From Thermodesulfobacteriota bacterium (GTDB taxonomy: Bacteria; Desulfobacterota_D; UBA1144; Nemesobacterales; UBA2774): a stretch of 64,000 nucleotides of DNA. The notes under the pieces are model-generated. The model did not search any database and had not been told where the DNA came from. It saw nothing but the letters and a program-made list of their open reading frames with translations. How positions within the stretch are numbered: position 1 is the stretch's first letter; every line of letters starts with the position of its first letter. Made by a program: the position numbers and the translations under genes. The DNA lies in assembly GCA_965216785.1 (NCBI GenBank), contig OZ244197.1:704001-768000 (forward strand), written 5' to 3'. Of this stretch, positions 10,848 to 20,775 are shown piece by piece.

Positions 10848-12041
10848 CTAAAATATTTGCTTCTCGGAAAAGAGAACAAGCACGCCTGTATATGTGAATA
10901 GGTGATTTTTACTGCTGAGAGGAGCGAACTCTGCGTTTCCAAAGAATCCGGCAATGGGTACGTCCCCAAGCGCGTTATTTATATATGCAGTATCTATGCC
11001 CTCAATACCGTAAAGTGAACGCCCTCTGGCGCAGCAGTTGAAATAGAGCCCAAATTTATAGGGATTTTCGGGCTTTTGGGAAGCGTTTACACGCTCTAGC
11101 ATTTGCTTTAAGTCTTCACGCGCAGCTTCAGGGTTTCTTGTAGTAAACGATATTATCTGCCCTTCCTCCACATTTTCAGAAACAGCTATAGCGCCAGTTT
11201 CAGGGTCAAGGCCAATCAGGTTCCTGACTAAATAATCGCTTCCTAAGATTTCTGTACCACCGCGGGCTGGCGGAAACGCGACATATATTAAACGCATAAT
11301 GTTAAGCGGGTCGGATATGAGAGAGTCCGGTACTACTTTCTTCAGCACTTGTAGTGCCGGCTCTCCGTTGAGCTCTGTGATCACGTTCTTATTACATTTT
11401 GTAATCATACAAGTTTCCCCAACAAGCTTGCACCCCTGGGTTATATCGATCTTATAGGAAAATTCTCCGCTGAACAAAAAGCCCGAAGCCGCCCCCGAGG
11501 CTACCGTGTCTCTGTAAAATTCAAAAGTATCGTTAATCCTTGGGTCCTCTGAAGCGGACGCTCCCACAATCGGAATATCCCCGATCTTTGACTTAATACC
11601 CAGAAACATGAGGTCCGGGTGTATATGAAAAGGATCCGGCAGAAGAGTGAGGAGTGAGGCTTTGTCAGCGATGGATTTGAGCGTGTTGCCGATTTCCTCT
11701 CCCGCTTTCAGCCCACCTGCACCTAACTGGTGTACTATGAAGGGCTTAGCGTTAATTTCATCTGAAGAAACAGCTAAAACTACGATCCCAGGCTGAGCCT
11801 CAGTCTCACCTGCGTTTGAAAGCACACCGAGCGCGCTGCACCCGCTGAGGTTTTTGGTTTTTGTTATTTCACAAACGCACTTAAGTATTTCTTCATAGTT
11901 TGCTCTGTGCGGGAATGTGCAAAACACCATTGCCCAATCACACTTTTTGACGGCGGCTCGCTGCATCGCCATCTGAGCCGCCTCTCGTGCGGCTTGAACG
12001 CTGTTTTCTATGACGGAGTTTCCTACTCCTGCTTTAATCAT
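10848..12041 (-). CDS. FIST N-/C-domain signal transduction protein
   Basis: LSGCS..G, TQGC..VG, ELNGEPAL, YFNCCARG, AGFFGNAEF, HLFTYTGV motifs. Confidence 0.88.
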   Translation of the reverse strand: MIKAGVGNSVIENSVQAAREAAQMAMQRAAVKKCDWAMVFCTFPHRANYEEILKCVCEITKTKNLSGCSALGVLSNAGETEAQPGIVVLAVSSDEINAKPFIVHQLGAGGLKAGEEIGNTLKSIADKASLLTLLPDPFHIHPDLMFLGIKSKIGDIPIVGASASEDPRINDTFEFYRDTVASGAASGFLFSGEFSYKIDITQGCKLVGETCMITKCNKNVITELNGEPALQVLKKVVPDSLISDPLNIMRLIYVAFPPARGGTEILGSDYLVRNLIGLDPETGAIAVSENVEEGQIISFTTRNPEAAREDLKQMLERVNASQKPENPYKFGLYFNCCARGRSLYGIEGIDTAYINNALGDVPIAGFFGNAEFAPLSSKNHLFTYTGVLVLFSEKQIF

Positions 12042-12178
12042 GACAGTTCAATTACCAATTCCGCTTAATTTAATATTTGCAACTGTATTAACAATAACGA
12101 AACTCTATGAATACAGATATGTATTGTAATCTTAATTACTCTTATCCGAGAATCGGACAATAGATATTACCCGTCCTT

Positions 12179-12622
12179 TTAGCCAGAAGTAATATCTCCC
12201 CAGGAAACTATGCGGCGCGGGGATATCTTTATGATAGGAAGCCCGAGATTCAAAAGATCCATATCTCTGTATTGAGAATATTTTTCACAAAGACTCAATA
12301 AAGAGTTTTCATACTCCTCACCCTCCTCTATCAAGCTTGCGAGCCCTGCGATTTTAAGAAAATAGAGTCTGCTCCAATCCTCGTAGTACTTATCGATAAT
12401 AAAAGATACGTTTGGATTTGAGCGTATATTACTAATCCGCTTGAGAGTGTTTACAGAGACACTCTTTGGTTTTTTATCAATCGGAGTATAGATCAGACCC
12501 GAAACAAATACATAGCAAATAGGGACTATGTGGGGCTTTCCGGCTTCATCCACGGTAGCCATTCTTGCAACTCTGGCGGACTCTAAAATCTCTCCTTGTT
12601 TTCTGCTTGGCTCTACAATCAA
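12179..12622 (-). CDS. Pyridoxamine 5'-phosphate oxidase-like (PPOX class) flavin/F420-binding protein
   Basis: ARMATVD..G.PHIVP, YTPID.KPK, NI..NPNVSF..D.Y.EDW..L; start uncertain. Confidence 0.8.
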   Translation of the reverse strand: MIVEPSRKQGEILESARVARMATVDEAGKPHIVPICYVFVSGLIYTPIDKKPKSVSVNTLKRISNIRSNPNVSFIIDKYYEDWSRLYFLKIAGLASLIEEGEEYENSLLSLCEKYSQYRDMDLLNLGLPIIKISPRRIVSWGDITSG

Positions 12623-12651
12623 ACTATTTTCTCCCGCATTTTGCTATCATC

Positions 12652-12679
12652 TTGAATTATCCAATATCTACTTTATAAT
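12652..12679 (+). promoter_or_regulatory. Sigma70-type promoter upstream of prs
   Basis: TTGAAT-16 nt-TATAAT. Confidence 0.55.
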
Positions 12680-12799
12680 ACCTTGTTTTATTTTATGAGG
12701 GGGGCAGACGGGAGTGCGAAGCACGATCCGGGGGAAGGAATAAAATTAGAGCAAGCGTTTTACTGTAATACCAGGTTTATTAATTACAAGTGAAATTTC

Positions 12800-13741
12800 A
12801 TGGATAATGCAAAGGTCTTTTGCGGGACTTCAAACATCCCGCTTGCCACATCAGTATGTAAATATCTAGACATAGCTCTTGGAAAAGCTGAGATTAAAAG
12901 ATTCAGTGACGGGGAGCTTTCGGCTGAAATATCTGAAAGCGTACGAGGCTCGCACATCTTTGTAATTCAATCTACCTGCCCGCCAACAAACGAGCACATA
13001 ATGGAGCTGCTGATTTTATCGGACGCTCTTAAAAGAGCTTCGGCAAGGGAGATTACCGCGGTCATACCATACTACGGTTATGCCAGACAGGACAGAAAAG
13101 TAAAACCAAGAGCGCCCATCTCAGCCAAATTAGTAGCCGATCTTATAACAACAGCTGGAATAAGCAGAGTCGTTACGGTAGATCTGCATGCAGGACAGAT
13201 ACAGGGTTTCTTTAATATTCCCGTCGATCATATTTATGCGACGCCCGTATTCATAGACTATATTAAAAAGATAAGGAACGGTAACGATACTGTTATAGTA
13301 TCACCAGACGCCGGGGGAATGGAAAGAGCAAGGCAGTATGCCAAAATACTTAACGCAGGGCTAGCGATGACGGATAAGAGGCGTCCGAACCCTAATGTAG
13401 CCGAGATAATGAATGTAATCGGAGACGTTGAAGGAAAAAACGTAATTGTGGTAGATGACCTGGTCGATACAGCGGGTACTGCTGTACAGGCGGGGAAAGC
13501 TCTTGTGAGAGAAGGAGCCAAGAGCGTCAGTCTTTGCTGCACACACGGTGTGCTCTCAGGAAAAGCGATTGAAAATATACATGATTCTGTAATACAAGAA
13601 GTCATAATAACGGACACCATACCGCCTAGTGAAGAGGCTGCGGCTTCTGATCGAATCAAAGTGCTCAGTATTGCAAATCTACTGGGCGAGGCAATAAAAA
13701 GAATAACAAAGGGAGAATCTATTAGCACGCTTTTTAACTAA
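12800..13741 (+). CDS. prs: Ribose-phosphate pyrophosphokinase
   Basis: FSDGE, PYYGYARQDRK, DLHAGQIQGFF, VSPDAGG, VDDLVDTAGT. Confidence 0.98.
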   Translation: MDNAKVFCGTSNIPLATSVCKYLDIALGKAEIKRFSDGELSAEISESVRGSHIFVIQSTCPPTNEHIMELLILSDALKRASAREITAVIPYYGYARQDRKVKPRAPISAKLVADLITTAGISRVVTVDLHAGQIQGFFNIPVDHIYATPVFIDYIKKIRNGNDTVIVSPDAGGMERARQYAKILNAGLAMTDKRRPNPNVAEIMNVIGDVEGKNVIVVDDLVDTAGTAVQAGKALVREGAKSVSLCCTHGVLSGKAIENIHDSVIQEVIITDTIPPSEEAAASDRIKVLSIANLLGEAIKRITKGESISTLFN

Positions 13742-13774
13742 AGCGAAGCTAGATATATAGAAGGAGTAAGAACA

Positions 13775-14446
13775 ATGGCACAAAGCACATTAAACGTATC
13801 AAAGAGAGTTAGGATGGGGAAAAGCGGAGCGAGGGCTATTAGAAATGAAGGCAATGTCCCGGCTATACTTTACGGAAAAGGTGAAGAGCCTTTAGCGCTT
13901 GTCATCAACCCCGGCGAATTGAAGCAAGCTCTTTCAACCGAAGCCGGGGAGAACACTCTTTTAGAAATAGTCGTTAAAAACGATTCTGAAGAAATAAAAA
14001 AACTATCGCTACTAAGAGAAATACAATACGATTATATAACAAGTAAGCCTATACACTTTGATTTTCAAACGCTAGATGTCAGCAAGAAAATAACTGTAAG
14101 CGTCCCTGTATTGATAAGCGGCAGATCTAAAGGTGTTAAGGAAGGCGGTATACTTGAGGAAATATTAAGAGAAATTTCAGTAGAATGTCTACCAACAGAT
14201 ATCCCAAATTCATTCGAAGTAGATGTGACCGAGCTTGAGATCGGACACTCGATACACGTGAACGCTTTAGAGGTAACGGAAGGAGTTAACATATTACACG
14301 ATGACGAGGATACAATCGTTACTGTCCAGGCGCCTAGAGTAGAGGTAGTTGAAACCGAAGAAGAGGAAGTTGAAGGTGAAGAGGGCGAAGAGGGGGCCGA
14401 GGCTCAAGAGGGAGAAGATACTCAAGAAGAAAGCGGCGACGAGTAG
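13775..14446 (+). CDS. rplY: 50S ribosomal protein bL25 (CTC-type, long form)
   Basis: GKSGARAIR..G.VPAILYG, HFDF, GVKEGG, LPTDIP; position between prs and pth. Confidence 0.95.
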   Translation: MAQSTLNVSKRVRMGKSGARAIRNEGNVPAILYGKGEEPLALVINPGELKQALSTEAGENTLLEIVVKNDSEEIKKLSLLREIQYDYITSKPIHFDFQTLDVSKKITVSVPVLISGRSKGVKEGGILEEILREISVECLPTDIPNSFEVDVTELEIGHSIHVNALEVTEGVNILHDDEDTIVTVQAPRVEVVETEEEEVEGEEGEEGAEAQEGEDTQEESGDE

Positions 14447-14454
14447 TCAGCAAA

Positions 14455-15057
14455 ATGATATTGGTAGCAGGTCTGGGGAACCCAGGTAAAAAATATAGCA
14501 ATACGAAGCATAACGTTGGTTTTTTAGTTGTGGACGAGATAGGAAAAAGGGTCGGAATAGAGTTAACAAAAAATAAGTTTAAGGGCATTTTCGGGGAAGG
14601 ATTCACAGGCGGCAACAAGCTTGCGCTGTTAAAACCCGAAACCTATATGAACCTTAGCGGAGAATCGGTTTCAAGTGTAAAGAACTTCTACGACATTCCG
14701 ACTGACAATATTATAGTGGTGTATGATGAGATGGACTTGCCCCTTGGAAATATCAGGATAAAATCTGGGGGCGGCAGCGCCGGGCACAACGGCATAAAAT
14801 CTATAATTTCCTCACTTGGCTCAGATGAGTTCACTAGGGTCCGGGTAGGGATTGGAAAACCGCTGATGAAAGATAGTGGAGCGGGCCATGTGCTTAGCGG
14901 ATTTAGGAAAGAAGAGGGTGAGATAGTTAAAAGCTCGATAATACGCGCGGCGGACGCCGTTTTTGCAATTATCGAGGATGGATTAGAAAGAGCAATGAAT
15001 GAATACAACACGAAAAATAAACAAAAAGAGAATAGTAAGGAAATAGATTCTCATTAA
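14455..15057 (+). CDS. pth: Peptidyl-tRNA hydrolase
   Basis: GLGNPG..Y..TKHNVGF, KPETYMNLSG, GGSAGHNG. Confidence 0.97.
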   Translation: MILVAGLGNPGKKYSNTKHNVGFLVVDEIGKRVGIELTKNKFKGIFGEGFTGGNKLALLKPETYMNLSGESVSSVKNFYDIPTDNIIVVYDEMDLPLGNIRIKSGGGSAGHNGIKSIISSLGSDEFTRVRVGIGKPLMKDSGAGHVLSGFRKEEGEIVKSSIIRAADAVFAIIEDGLERAMNEYNTKNKQKENSKEIDSH

Positions 15058-15075
15058 ATAAGGAGGTTTAATCAA

Positions 15076-17115
15076 ATGGGTGAAGTAATAGCTGCCTTAT
15101 TCGGGCTTATCTTAGGGGTAATCGTTTTAGGCTATGCCTTTTTCGTTTACCGCGAAATAAAGTCCTTGCCCGAAGGCAATGATAAAATGAAGGGAATCGC
15201 CGCTTCTATTGAAGAGGGGGCAATGGTGTTCCTTAACAGGGAATACAGAATTATCGGAATTTTCGTACTGGTCGTATTTATTTTATTAGGACTATTTATC
15301 GACTGGAGAACGGCTTTAGCTTATGTTGGGGGCGCAGTCTGCTCCGTTCTGGCAGGCTTTTTCGGAATGAAATCCGCAACTAAAGCAAACGTAAGGACCG
15401 CTCAGGCAGCGGCTGAGGAAGGACCGGGAAGAGCGCTTGCTGTCGCATTCAAGGGCGGAAACGTTATGGGGCTTTCAGTAGCAGGCCTGGGTCTACTTGG
15501 ACTTTCGGTTGCGTTCACATTTGGTATAGGGCTCCCGGACAACCCGGAGGATGCCGCCGGACTTGCCGGATTTGCTCAGCAGTTTGGTGAGATAATCGGT
15601 GGGTTCGCGATGGGCGCAAGCTCAGTCGCGCTGTTTGCCAGGATCGGGGGCGGTATTTTCACGAAGGGCGCCGACGTTGGCGCTGACCTCGTTGGAAAGG
15701 TGGAGGCCGGAATCCCCGAAGATGACCCGAGAAACCCCGCGACAATCGCTGATAACGTAGGTGATAACGTAGGTGACGTGGCGGGAATGGGAGCTGACCT
15801 TTTTGAATCCTATGTAGGCGCTGTAATCGCTACAATAGTTATTGGAGCTGGAATGGGTGCTAATGAAATAGCCTATATGTCCATACCAATTGTTCTTATA
15901 GCAATCGGAAGCTTCTCTTCCATAATAGGCTCAAAGAGCGTTGAGTGGATGAAGGACCTCGAGCCGCAGTTAGTACTGAGACGCGCAACATTTTATGCTG
16001 GTGGAATTTATTTAGGACTCTCTCTCATTATTCTTCTAATGGTGGGACTCGTAGATGGAGTAGATAAAATTTTGTGGATATGGCTTGCATCCGTATTAGG
16101 GTTACTTGCGGGTATTTCAATTGGGCTATTGACCGAGTACTACACTTCGGGCTCGCCTGTAAGGAAAATTGCAGAGGCCTCTCAGACAGGTGTTGCAACA
16201 AACATCATCGAAGGGCTTTCCGTGGGTATGGTTAGCACAACTCTCCCTGTAATCACAATTGCTATAGCAATCGGCCTTTCCTTCGCATTCGCCGGACTAT
16301 ACGGGATAGGAATTGCGGCAGTCAGCATGCTTGCAACTATCGGTATTACGATGTCGGTTGACGCTTACGGCCCAGTGGCTGACAACGCCGGAGGTATTAC
16401 GGAGATGTCTGAGCTTGGAGACGACGTAAGAAAAATAACGGACAAGCTGGACTCACTTGGAAATACAACAGCGGCAATCGGAAAAGGCTTTGCGATCGGC
16501 TCCGCAGCGCTTGCGGCTCTCGCGCTTTTCGCAGCTTACACAAAAGCTGTGGGACTCACATCGATTGACCTTACGCACAGTAATGTGGTCGTCGGATTGC
16601 TTCTCGGTGGAACACTGCCATTCCTGCTCGGAGCACTAACAATGGGTGCTGTAGGAAGAACAGCGCAGAAAATGGTAGAGGAAGTAAGAAGACAGTTCAG
16701 AGAAATACCGGGGCTATTGGACGGCGAAGCTAAACCCGACCACGCTAGATGTGTTGCTATTAGCACAGATGCCTCACTTAGGGAAATGGTAATTCCCGGA
16801 GTGATCGCTGTGGTAGCGCCTATAGTAATAGGCCTTATTCTAGACGCGGAAGGCCTGGGTGGATTCCTGGCCGGTGCTATCGTATCGGGCGTCATGCTCG
16901 CTCTTATGATGGCAAACTCGGGCGGAGCCTGGGATAACGCGAAGAAATATATTGAAGAAGGTAACTTGGGCGGTAAGGGATCCGATGCTCATAAAGCCGC
17001 TGTCGTAGGTGATACGATCGGCGATCCTTTTAAAGACACGTCGGGACCGGCAATGAACATTTTGATTAAGCTCATGTCAATCGTTTCGCTCGTTATTGCA
17101 CCGCTTTTAATTTGA
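15076..17115 (+). CDS. hppA: Membrane-bound pyrophosphatase, K+-dependent, likely Na+-translocating
   Basis: [36 protein letters not shown] (Ala = K+-dependent), [17 protein letters not shown]. Confidence 0.95.
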   Translation: MGEVIAALFGLILGVIVLGYAFFVYREIKSLPEGNDKMKGIAASIEEGAMVFLNREYRIIGIFVLVVFILLGLFIDWRTALAYVGGAVCSVLAGFFGMKSATKANVRTAQAAAEEGPGRALAVAFKGGNVMGLSVAGLGLLGLSVAFTFGIGLPDNPEDAAGLAGFAQQFGEIIGGFAMGASSVALFARIGGGIFTKGADVGADLVGKVEAGIPEDDPRNPATIADNVGDNVGDVAGMGADLFESYVGAVIATIVIGAGMGANEIAYMSIPIVLIAIGSFSSIIGSKSVEWMKDLEPQLVLRRATFYAGGIYLGLSLIILLMVGLVDGVDKILWIWLASVLGLLAGISIGLLTEYYTSGSPVRKIAEASQTGVATNIIEGLSVGMVSTTLPVITIAIAIGLSFAFAGLYGIGIAAVSMLATIGITMSVDAYGPVADNAGGITEMSELGDDVRKITDKLDSLGNTTAAIGKGFAIGSAALAALALFAAYTKAVGLTSIDLTHSNVVVGLLLGGTLPFLLGALTMGAVGRTAQKMVEEVRRQFREIPGLLDGEAKPDHARCVAISTDASLREMVIPGVIAVVAPIVIGLILDAEGLGGFLAGAIVSGVMLALMMANSGGAWDNAKKYIEEGNLGGKGSDAHKAAVVGDTIGDPFKDTSGPAMNILIKLMSIVSLVIAPLLI

Positions 17116-17130
17116 CGTAAACTAAAAACA

Positions 17131-17165
17131 AAGGATGCGGTTTATAATGTGTAAACCGCATCCTT
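17131..17165 (+). terminator. Hairpin/terminator after hppA
   Basis: Perfect 14-bp inverted repeat AAGGATGCGGTTTA / TAAACCGCATCCTT; U-tract weak. Confidence 0.6.
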
Positions 17166-17244
17166 ACCCCCCTGTTAACAAATCCTCGCACACCTATTCA
17201 CAAATAGAATATTACAGGTAGAATAAGTTAGCTTTTTACAGAAT

Positions 17245-17305
17245 CTGTCGTTCTGTGCTTGCCCCAATAGGTAGTGTACAGAACCCTAAAGTCCAAGACA
17301 GGAGG
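17245..17305 (+). promoter_or_regulatory. Probable S6:S18 autoregulatory leader RNA
   Basis: Nested stems CTGTC/GACAG and GTTCTGTGC/GTACAGAAC with CCC at the bulge, abutting the GGAGG RBS of rpsF. Confidence 0.55.
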
Positions 17306-17313
17306 TATTAAAC

Positions 17314-17931
17314 ATGGCTTTAAAGCCTAATTATTACGAAACCCTCTATGTGGTCAGACCTGACCTCAAAGAAGAAGAACTCAGTAAGATCCAGTCAAAA
17401 CTACCCCAGTTCATAGAAGCCCACGAGGGTGAAATAATGAAATCTGATAAATGGGCCGAGAGGGAGCTGGCTTATGAAATATTAGATCATAAAAGGGGAG
17501 TCTATTATATTTTAGTATTCAAAGCTCTCCCCACTGTTACAAGAGACATTGAAAAACATCTTCGGTTTTATAATACCGACGTGCTCAGGTTTATGACTGT
17601 GAAGATTACTGAGGAAGTAGCAGTAAGGGAAAAGAATGCCGCTGAAGAAAAAAGTAGCTCTGCAGAGCCCGAAGCACCGGCAACTCCCCCTGCAGAGACG
17701 GCTCAAGCCTCGGAGGCACCTGCACAGCCGGCAACTGCCGAGGAACCAAAATCTGAAACAGCAGAAACGGCGGCAGATCAGCCGGAAACTCCACAGGAGA
17801 CGGCGGAACAGCCCCAAGCTCAAAAACAAGAGGCTACCAAAGAGGAAACTACGGAGCCGCAGGAGCCTGAAGCAGCAACCGAGGTGCAAAGCGCACCCGA
17901 AACCGCAGAAAAAGAAGGAGGAAAAGAGTAA
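17314..17931 (+). CDS. rpsF: 30S ribosomal protein bS6 with long low-complexity acidic tail
   Basis: [30 protein letters not shown]; upstream of rpsR. Confidence 0.93.
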   Translation: MALKPNYYETLYVVRPDLKEEELSKIQSKLPQFIEAHEGEIMKSDKWAERELAYEILDHKRGVYYILVFKALPTVTRDIEKHLRFYNTDVLRFMTVKITEEVAVREKNAAEEKSSSAEPEAPATPPAETAQASEAPAQPATAEEPKSETAETAADQPETPQETAEQPQAQKQEATKEETTEPQEPEAATEVQSAPETAEKEGGKE

Positions 17932-18167
17932 TGGAATCTCCAAGAAATAGAAGATATTTCTCTAAAAAGAAAATATGCAGGTTCTGCACAGAACCCCTTG
18001 AAATAGACTATAAGAACGTAGATTTAATGTCGAGATTTATAACGGATAGAAAGAAGATAGTGCCGAGAAGAAACTCTGGACTCTGCGCGTATCATCAGAG
18101 ACAGCTCGCTACAGCCATAAAGAGGACACGCTACATGGCCCTTTTGCCCTATACAGTGCTTCATTAA
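17931..18167 (+). CDS. rpsR: 30S ribosomal protein bS18 (Zn-binding C+ form)
   Basis: [36 protein letters not shown]. Confidence 0.97.
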   Translation: MESPRNRRYFSKKKICRFCTEPLEIDYKNVDLMSRFITDRKKIVPRRNSGLCAYHQRQLATAIKRTRYMALLPYTVLH

Positions 18168-18256
18168 ACAGGCGGATGTTAGGCGGTTGAAGTGAGTGAT
18201 TTAATGATGTTATTAAAAAAGAGTAATAACCAGAATTATCGGGAGGTTGTCAAAAA

Positions 18257-18868
18257 ATGAAAGTAATATTGACTACTGATGTCGACTCATTAGGTAGAGA
18301 GGGCGATATAAAAGAGGTTAAGAGCGGGCTTGCCAGAAACTTTCTCCTGCCAAAAAAGCTTGCAGTTAGAGCAACTCCGGGAAATCTTAAAATCTGGGAG
18401 CAAAAAAGCGGAATAATTAAGAAAAAACAGGATGAGAAACAGGGTGAGGCCGAGGGGATAGCCCAAAAACTTGAGGGAGTCACTTTACTCATCCCGGTTA
18501 AAGTTGGGGAAGAGGAAAAGCTTTTCGGCTCAGTAACTTCTCAGAATATTTCAGATGAGCTGGCTAAGCAGGGGTTAGACATAGATAAGAAGCACATAGC
18601 TCTTGAAAGTTCTATTAAATCATTGGGCACATATGATATCAAAATAAAACTCTACCACGAGGTGGCACCGAGCATTACAGTGCATGTAGTAGACGAAGAA
18701 AATCCGGTACCCAAAGAAGATAAAGAAGAAGAGAACATAGAAGAAGTAATAGAGCAGGAAGCGGCCGCAGAAGAAGAGTCCCAGGAGCAAGAGGTAGTGG
18801 AGGAATCAGAAGAAGTGGCTGAGCGGACCGAAGAAGAGAATACAGAAACCCCTGAAGAAAAAGACTAA
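18257..18868 (+). CDS. rplI: 50S ribosomal protein bL9 with Glu-rich tail
   Basis: MKVIL..DV..LG..GD..EVK.G.ARNFLLP, KLFGSVT, IKSLG.Y. Confidence 0.97.
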   Translation: MKVILTTDVDSLGREGDIKEVKSGLARNFLLPKKLAVRATPGNLKIWEQKSGIIKKKQDEKQGEAEGIAQKLEGVTLLIPVKVGEEEKLFGSVTSQNISDELAKQGLDIDKKHIALESSIKSLGTYDIKIKLYHEVAPSITVHVVDEENPVPKEDKEEENIEEVIEQEAAAEEESQEQEVVEESEEVAERTEEENTETPEEKD

Positions 18869-18937
18869 GAGATCTACAAAAAAGTCAGATAATTAGAAAG
18901 GCTCTCTTATAGTAGCCCTATAATCTAATTAGATCCC

Positions 18938-19705
18938 TTATTGTCCCTGCTGATTTACAATATCCTGATACGTAATCCTTTGATAACCTGCCGGGGGCTG
19001 AAACTCGCTTGCCGGCAGCTTCTTACTCTGAACGCTCAGAATTTCTTCTATGACAACAGGGCTGCCGTCTTCAGTGTGATATATGGTTTTAAGCGGATAG
19101 CCATTTTGATAAATTTCCCTGAATATCTGATACTCTTGATCGGAAATAGAAGCTGAGCCTCCAACAGTCTGGCTTATGTTTTTTACGTCGTTCATGAGCT
19201 TAGCCATCTTCTCAAAATTGATCTCATTATTAAACCCGGGCTCATTGCTAACCCAATATTCCGTCGCTAATTTGCCGTTTTCAAATATCGTATATTTCGT
19301 CGTGTTGTATCCTGCGATCTTGACAGATTCATCGGACTTTTCAAGAGTCAGCTTTTTGGCCGCTTGCTCACCTTCTTTTGTCTGCTTCATCATAGCTTCA
19401 AACGATTTTAGATGCTCTTCCATCGTAAGGTGTATATAAACCTTATTTTCATTGTTCACAAGAGTTATGTTGCTCGCCCCCAAATCAAAGATGACCGTGG
19501 GTTGGTTTCTATCACCTTTATCCACTTGCTTTAGCTTATTGTCTTGAACGTAGAGAGTAGACTGCTGCTTATTCGAAGAACCTTCTTCATAGACAACCTG
19601 TTCCATTATAAGACCCGAATACGCAACATTTGGCAGAACCATGAATATAGTAAAAAAAATGGATGATATTATAAAAAATGCCGTTTTATTGATCTTACTT
19701 AACAT
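18938..19705 (-). CDS. Secreted DUF4412-like protein
   Basis: Signal peptide; KIAGYNT.KY, G.PLK and F..P.GY motifs; start set at ATG 19705 after GGAGGG RBS. Confidence 0.7.
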   Translation of the reverse strand: MLSKINKTAFFIISSIFFTIFMVLPNVAYSGLIMEQVVYEEGSSNKQQSTLYVQDNKLKQVDKGDRNQPTVIFDLGASNITLVNNENKVYIHLTMEEHLKSFEAMMKQTKEGEQAAKKLTLEKSDESVKIAGYNTTKYTIFENGKLATEYWVSNEPGFNNEINFEKMAKLMNDVKNISQTVGGSASISDQEYQIFREIYQNGYPLKTIYHTEDGSPVVIEEILSVQSKKLPASEFQPPAGYQRITYQDIVNQQGQ

Positions 19706-19900
19706 GTAACGTCCCTCCGAGAAATTGGCAGTAATGACCGTAATTAAAGTACAAATAAGATAACCTAAGTTTACGGCATTAGCCAACAATTAATAAATAC
19801 AAACCTCAAAAATGAGTAGTTAGAATGTCTCTATTGACCCAGTCCCTATCTATGATAGAGTAAAACGGTTAAACGAGATATTTTACGGAGGTAGTAATTC

Positions 19901-20722
19901 ATGGCAGAGATAAAAAGTAATTTTGCACCAATCGGAGAAAAAGAGGTAACAAAGGCCATAGTCGAGGGCTTTGCAGACGAATTCACAGAATACATTTCAA
20001 GCGATGTGATCGTTGTAGGGGCTGGACCGAGCGGTCTTGTAGCGGCAAAGGATATAGCAAAAAAGAAATACAAAGTACTTTTGGTTGAGAGAATGAACTA
20101 TCTCGGCGGCGGTTTTTGGATAGGCGGATATCTGATGAACAAGGTCACGGTTAGAGATCCCGGACACGAAGTGCTGGACGAGATCGAAGTGCCGTATGAG
20201 GAAGTCGAAAAAGGGCTTTATGTAGCCGACGGACCTTACGCATGCTCAAAGCTCATAGCGATGACATGCGAGGCAGGGGCTAAGATTAGAAACATGACTA
20301 TGTTCGATGACCTGGTTTATAGGGAAAACGGAAGAGTTGCGGGAATAGTTATAAACTGGACGCCTATTGCGAATATGCCAAAAGAGATCACTTGTCTTGA
20401 CCCGATCGCGATTGAGTCAAAGCTCGTGATCGACGCTACCGGGCACGACGCGTATTGTGTCAACAGACTGTCCCAGCAGGGACTCTATAAAAAACTTCCG
20501 GGCCACGGCTCCATGTGGGTCGAGAAATCAGAGCAGGCGCTCGTAGAGTATACGGGGCTTGTACACCCGGGGCTTATCGCTTGCGGTATGTCTGTTAATA
20601 CAACATACGGACTCCCGAGAATGGGACCTACGTTCGGCGGTATGCTGCTTTCAGGAAAGAAAGCCGCACAGGTGGCAATAGACGTACTCGAAGGAAAGGA
20701 ACAAGAACAAGCAAGAGCGTAA
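19901..20722 (+). CDS. thi4: Thi4-family thiazole synthase (Cys-type, archaeal-like)
   Basis: DVIVVGAGPSGL, GGGFWIGG, TCLDP, IDATGHD, PRMGPTFGGMLLSG. Confidence 0.92.
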   Translation: MAEIKSNFAPIGEKEVTKAIVEGFADEFTEYISSDVIVVGAGPSGLVAAKDIAKKKYKVLLVERMNYLGGGFWIGGYLMNKVTVRDPGHEVLDEIEVPYEEVEKGLYVADGPYACSKLIAMTCEAGAKIRNMTMFDDLVYRENGRVAGIVINWTPIANMPKEITCLDPIAIESKLVIDATGHDAYCVNRLSQQGLYKKLPGHGSMWVEKSEQALVEYTGLVHPGLIACGMSVNTTYGLPRMGPTFGGMLLSGKKAAQVAIDVLEGKEQEQARA

Positions 20723-20740
20723 ACACAAAACTACAATACC

Positions 20741-20774
20741 GGGAGGCTCAAATAGCATGGGCCTCCCCTTTTTT
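20741..20774 (+). terminator. Intrinsic terminator after thi4
   Basis: GGGAGGCTCA...TGGGCCTCCC followed by T-run. Confidence 0.75.
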
Positions 20775-20775
20775 C

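Noticed and set aside
17512-17950. Overlapping alternative-frame ORFs in the rpsF tail (143, 104, 62 aa)
   Set aside because: By-products of low-complexity sequence; no RBS or recognisable motif
19790-19900. TPP riboswitch upstream of thi4
   Set aside because: No CTGAGA or ACCTGAT core motifs, and the space after the likely promoter is too short
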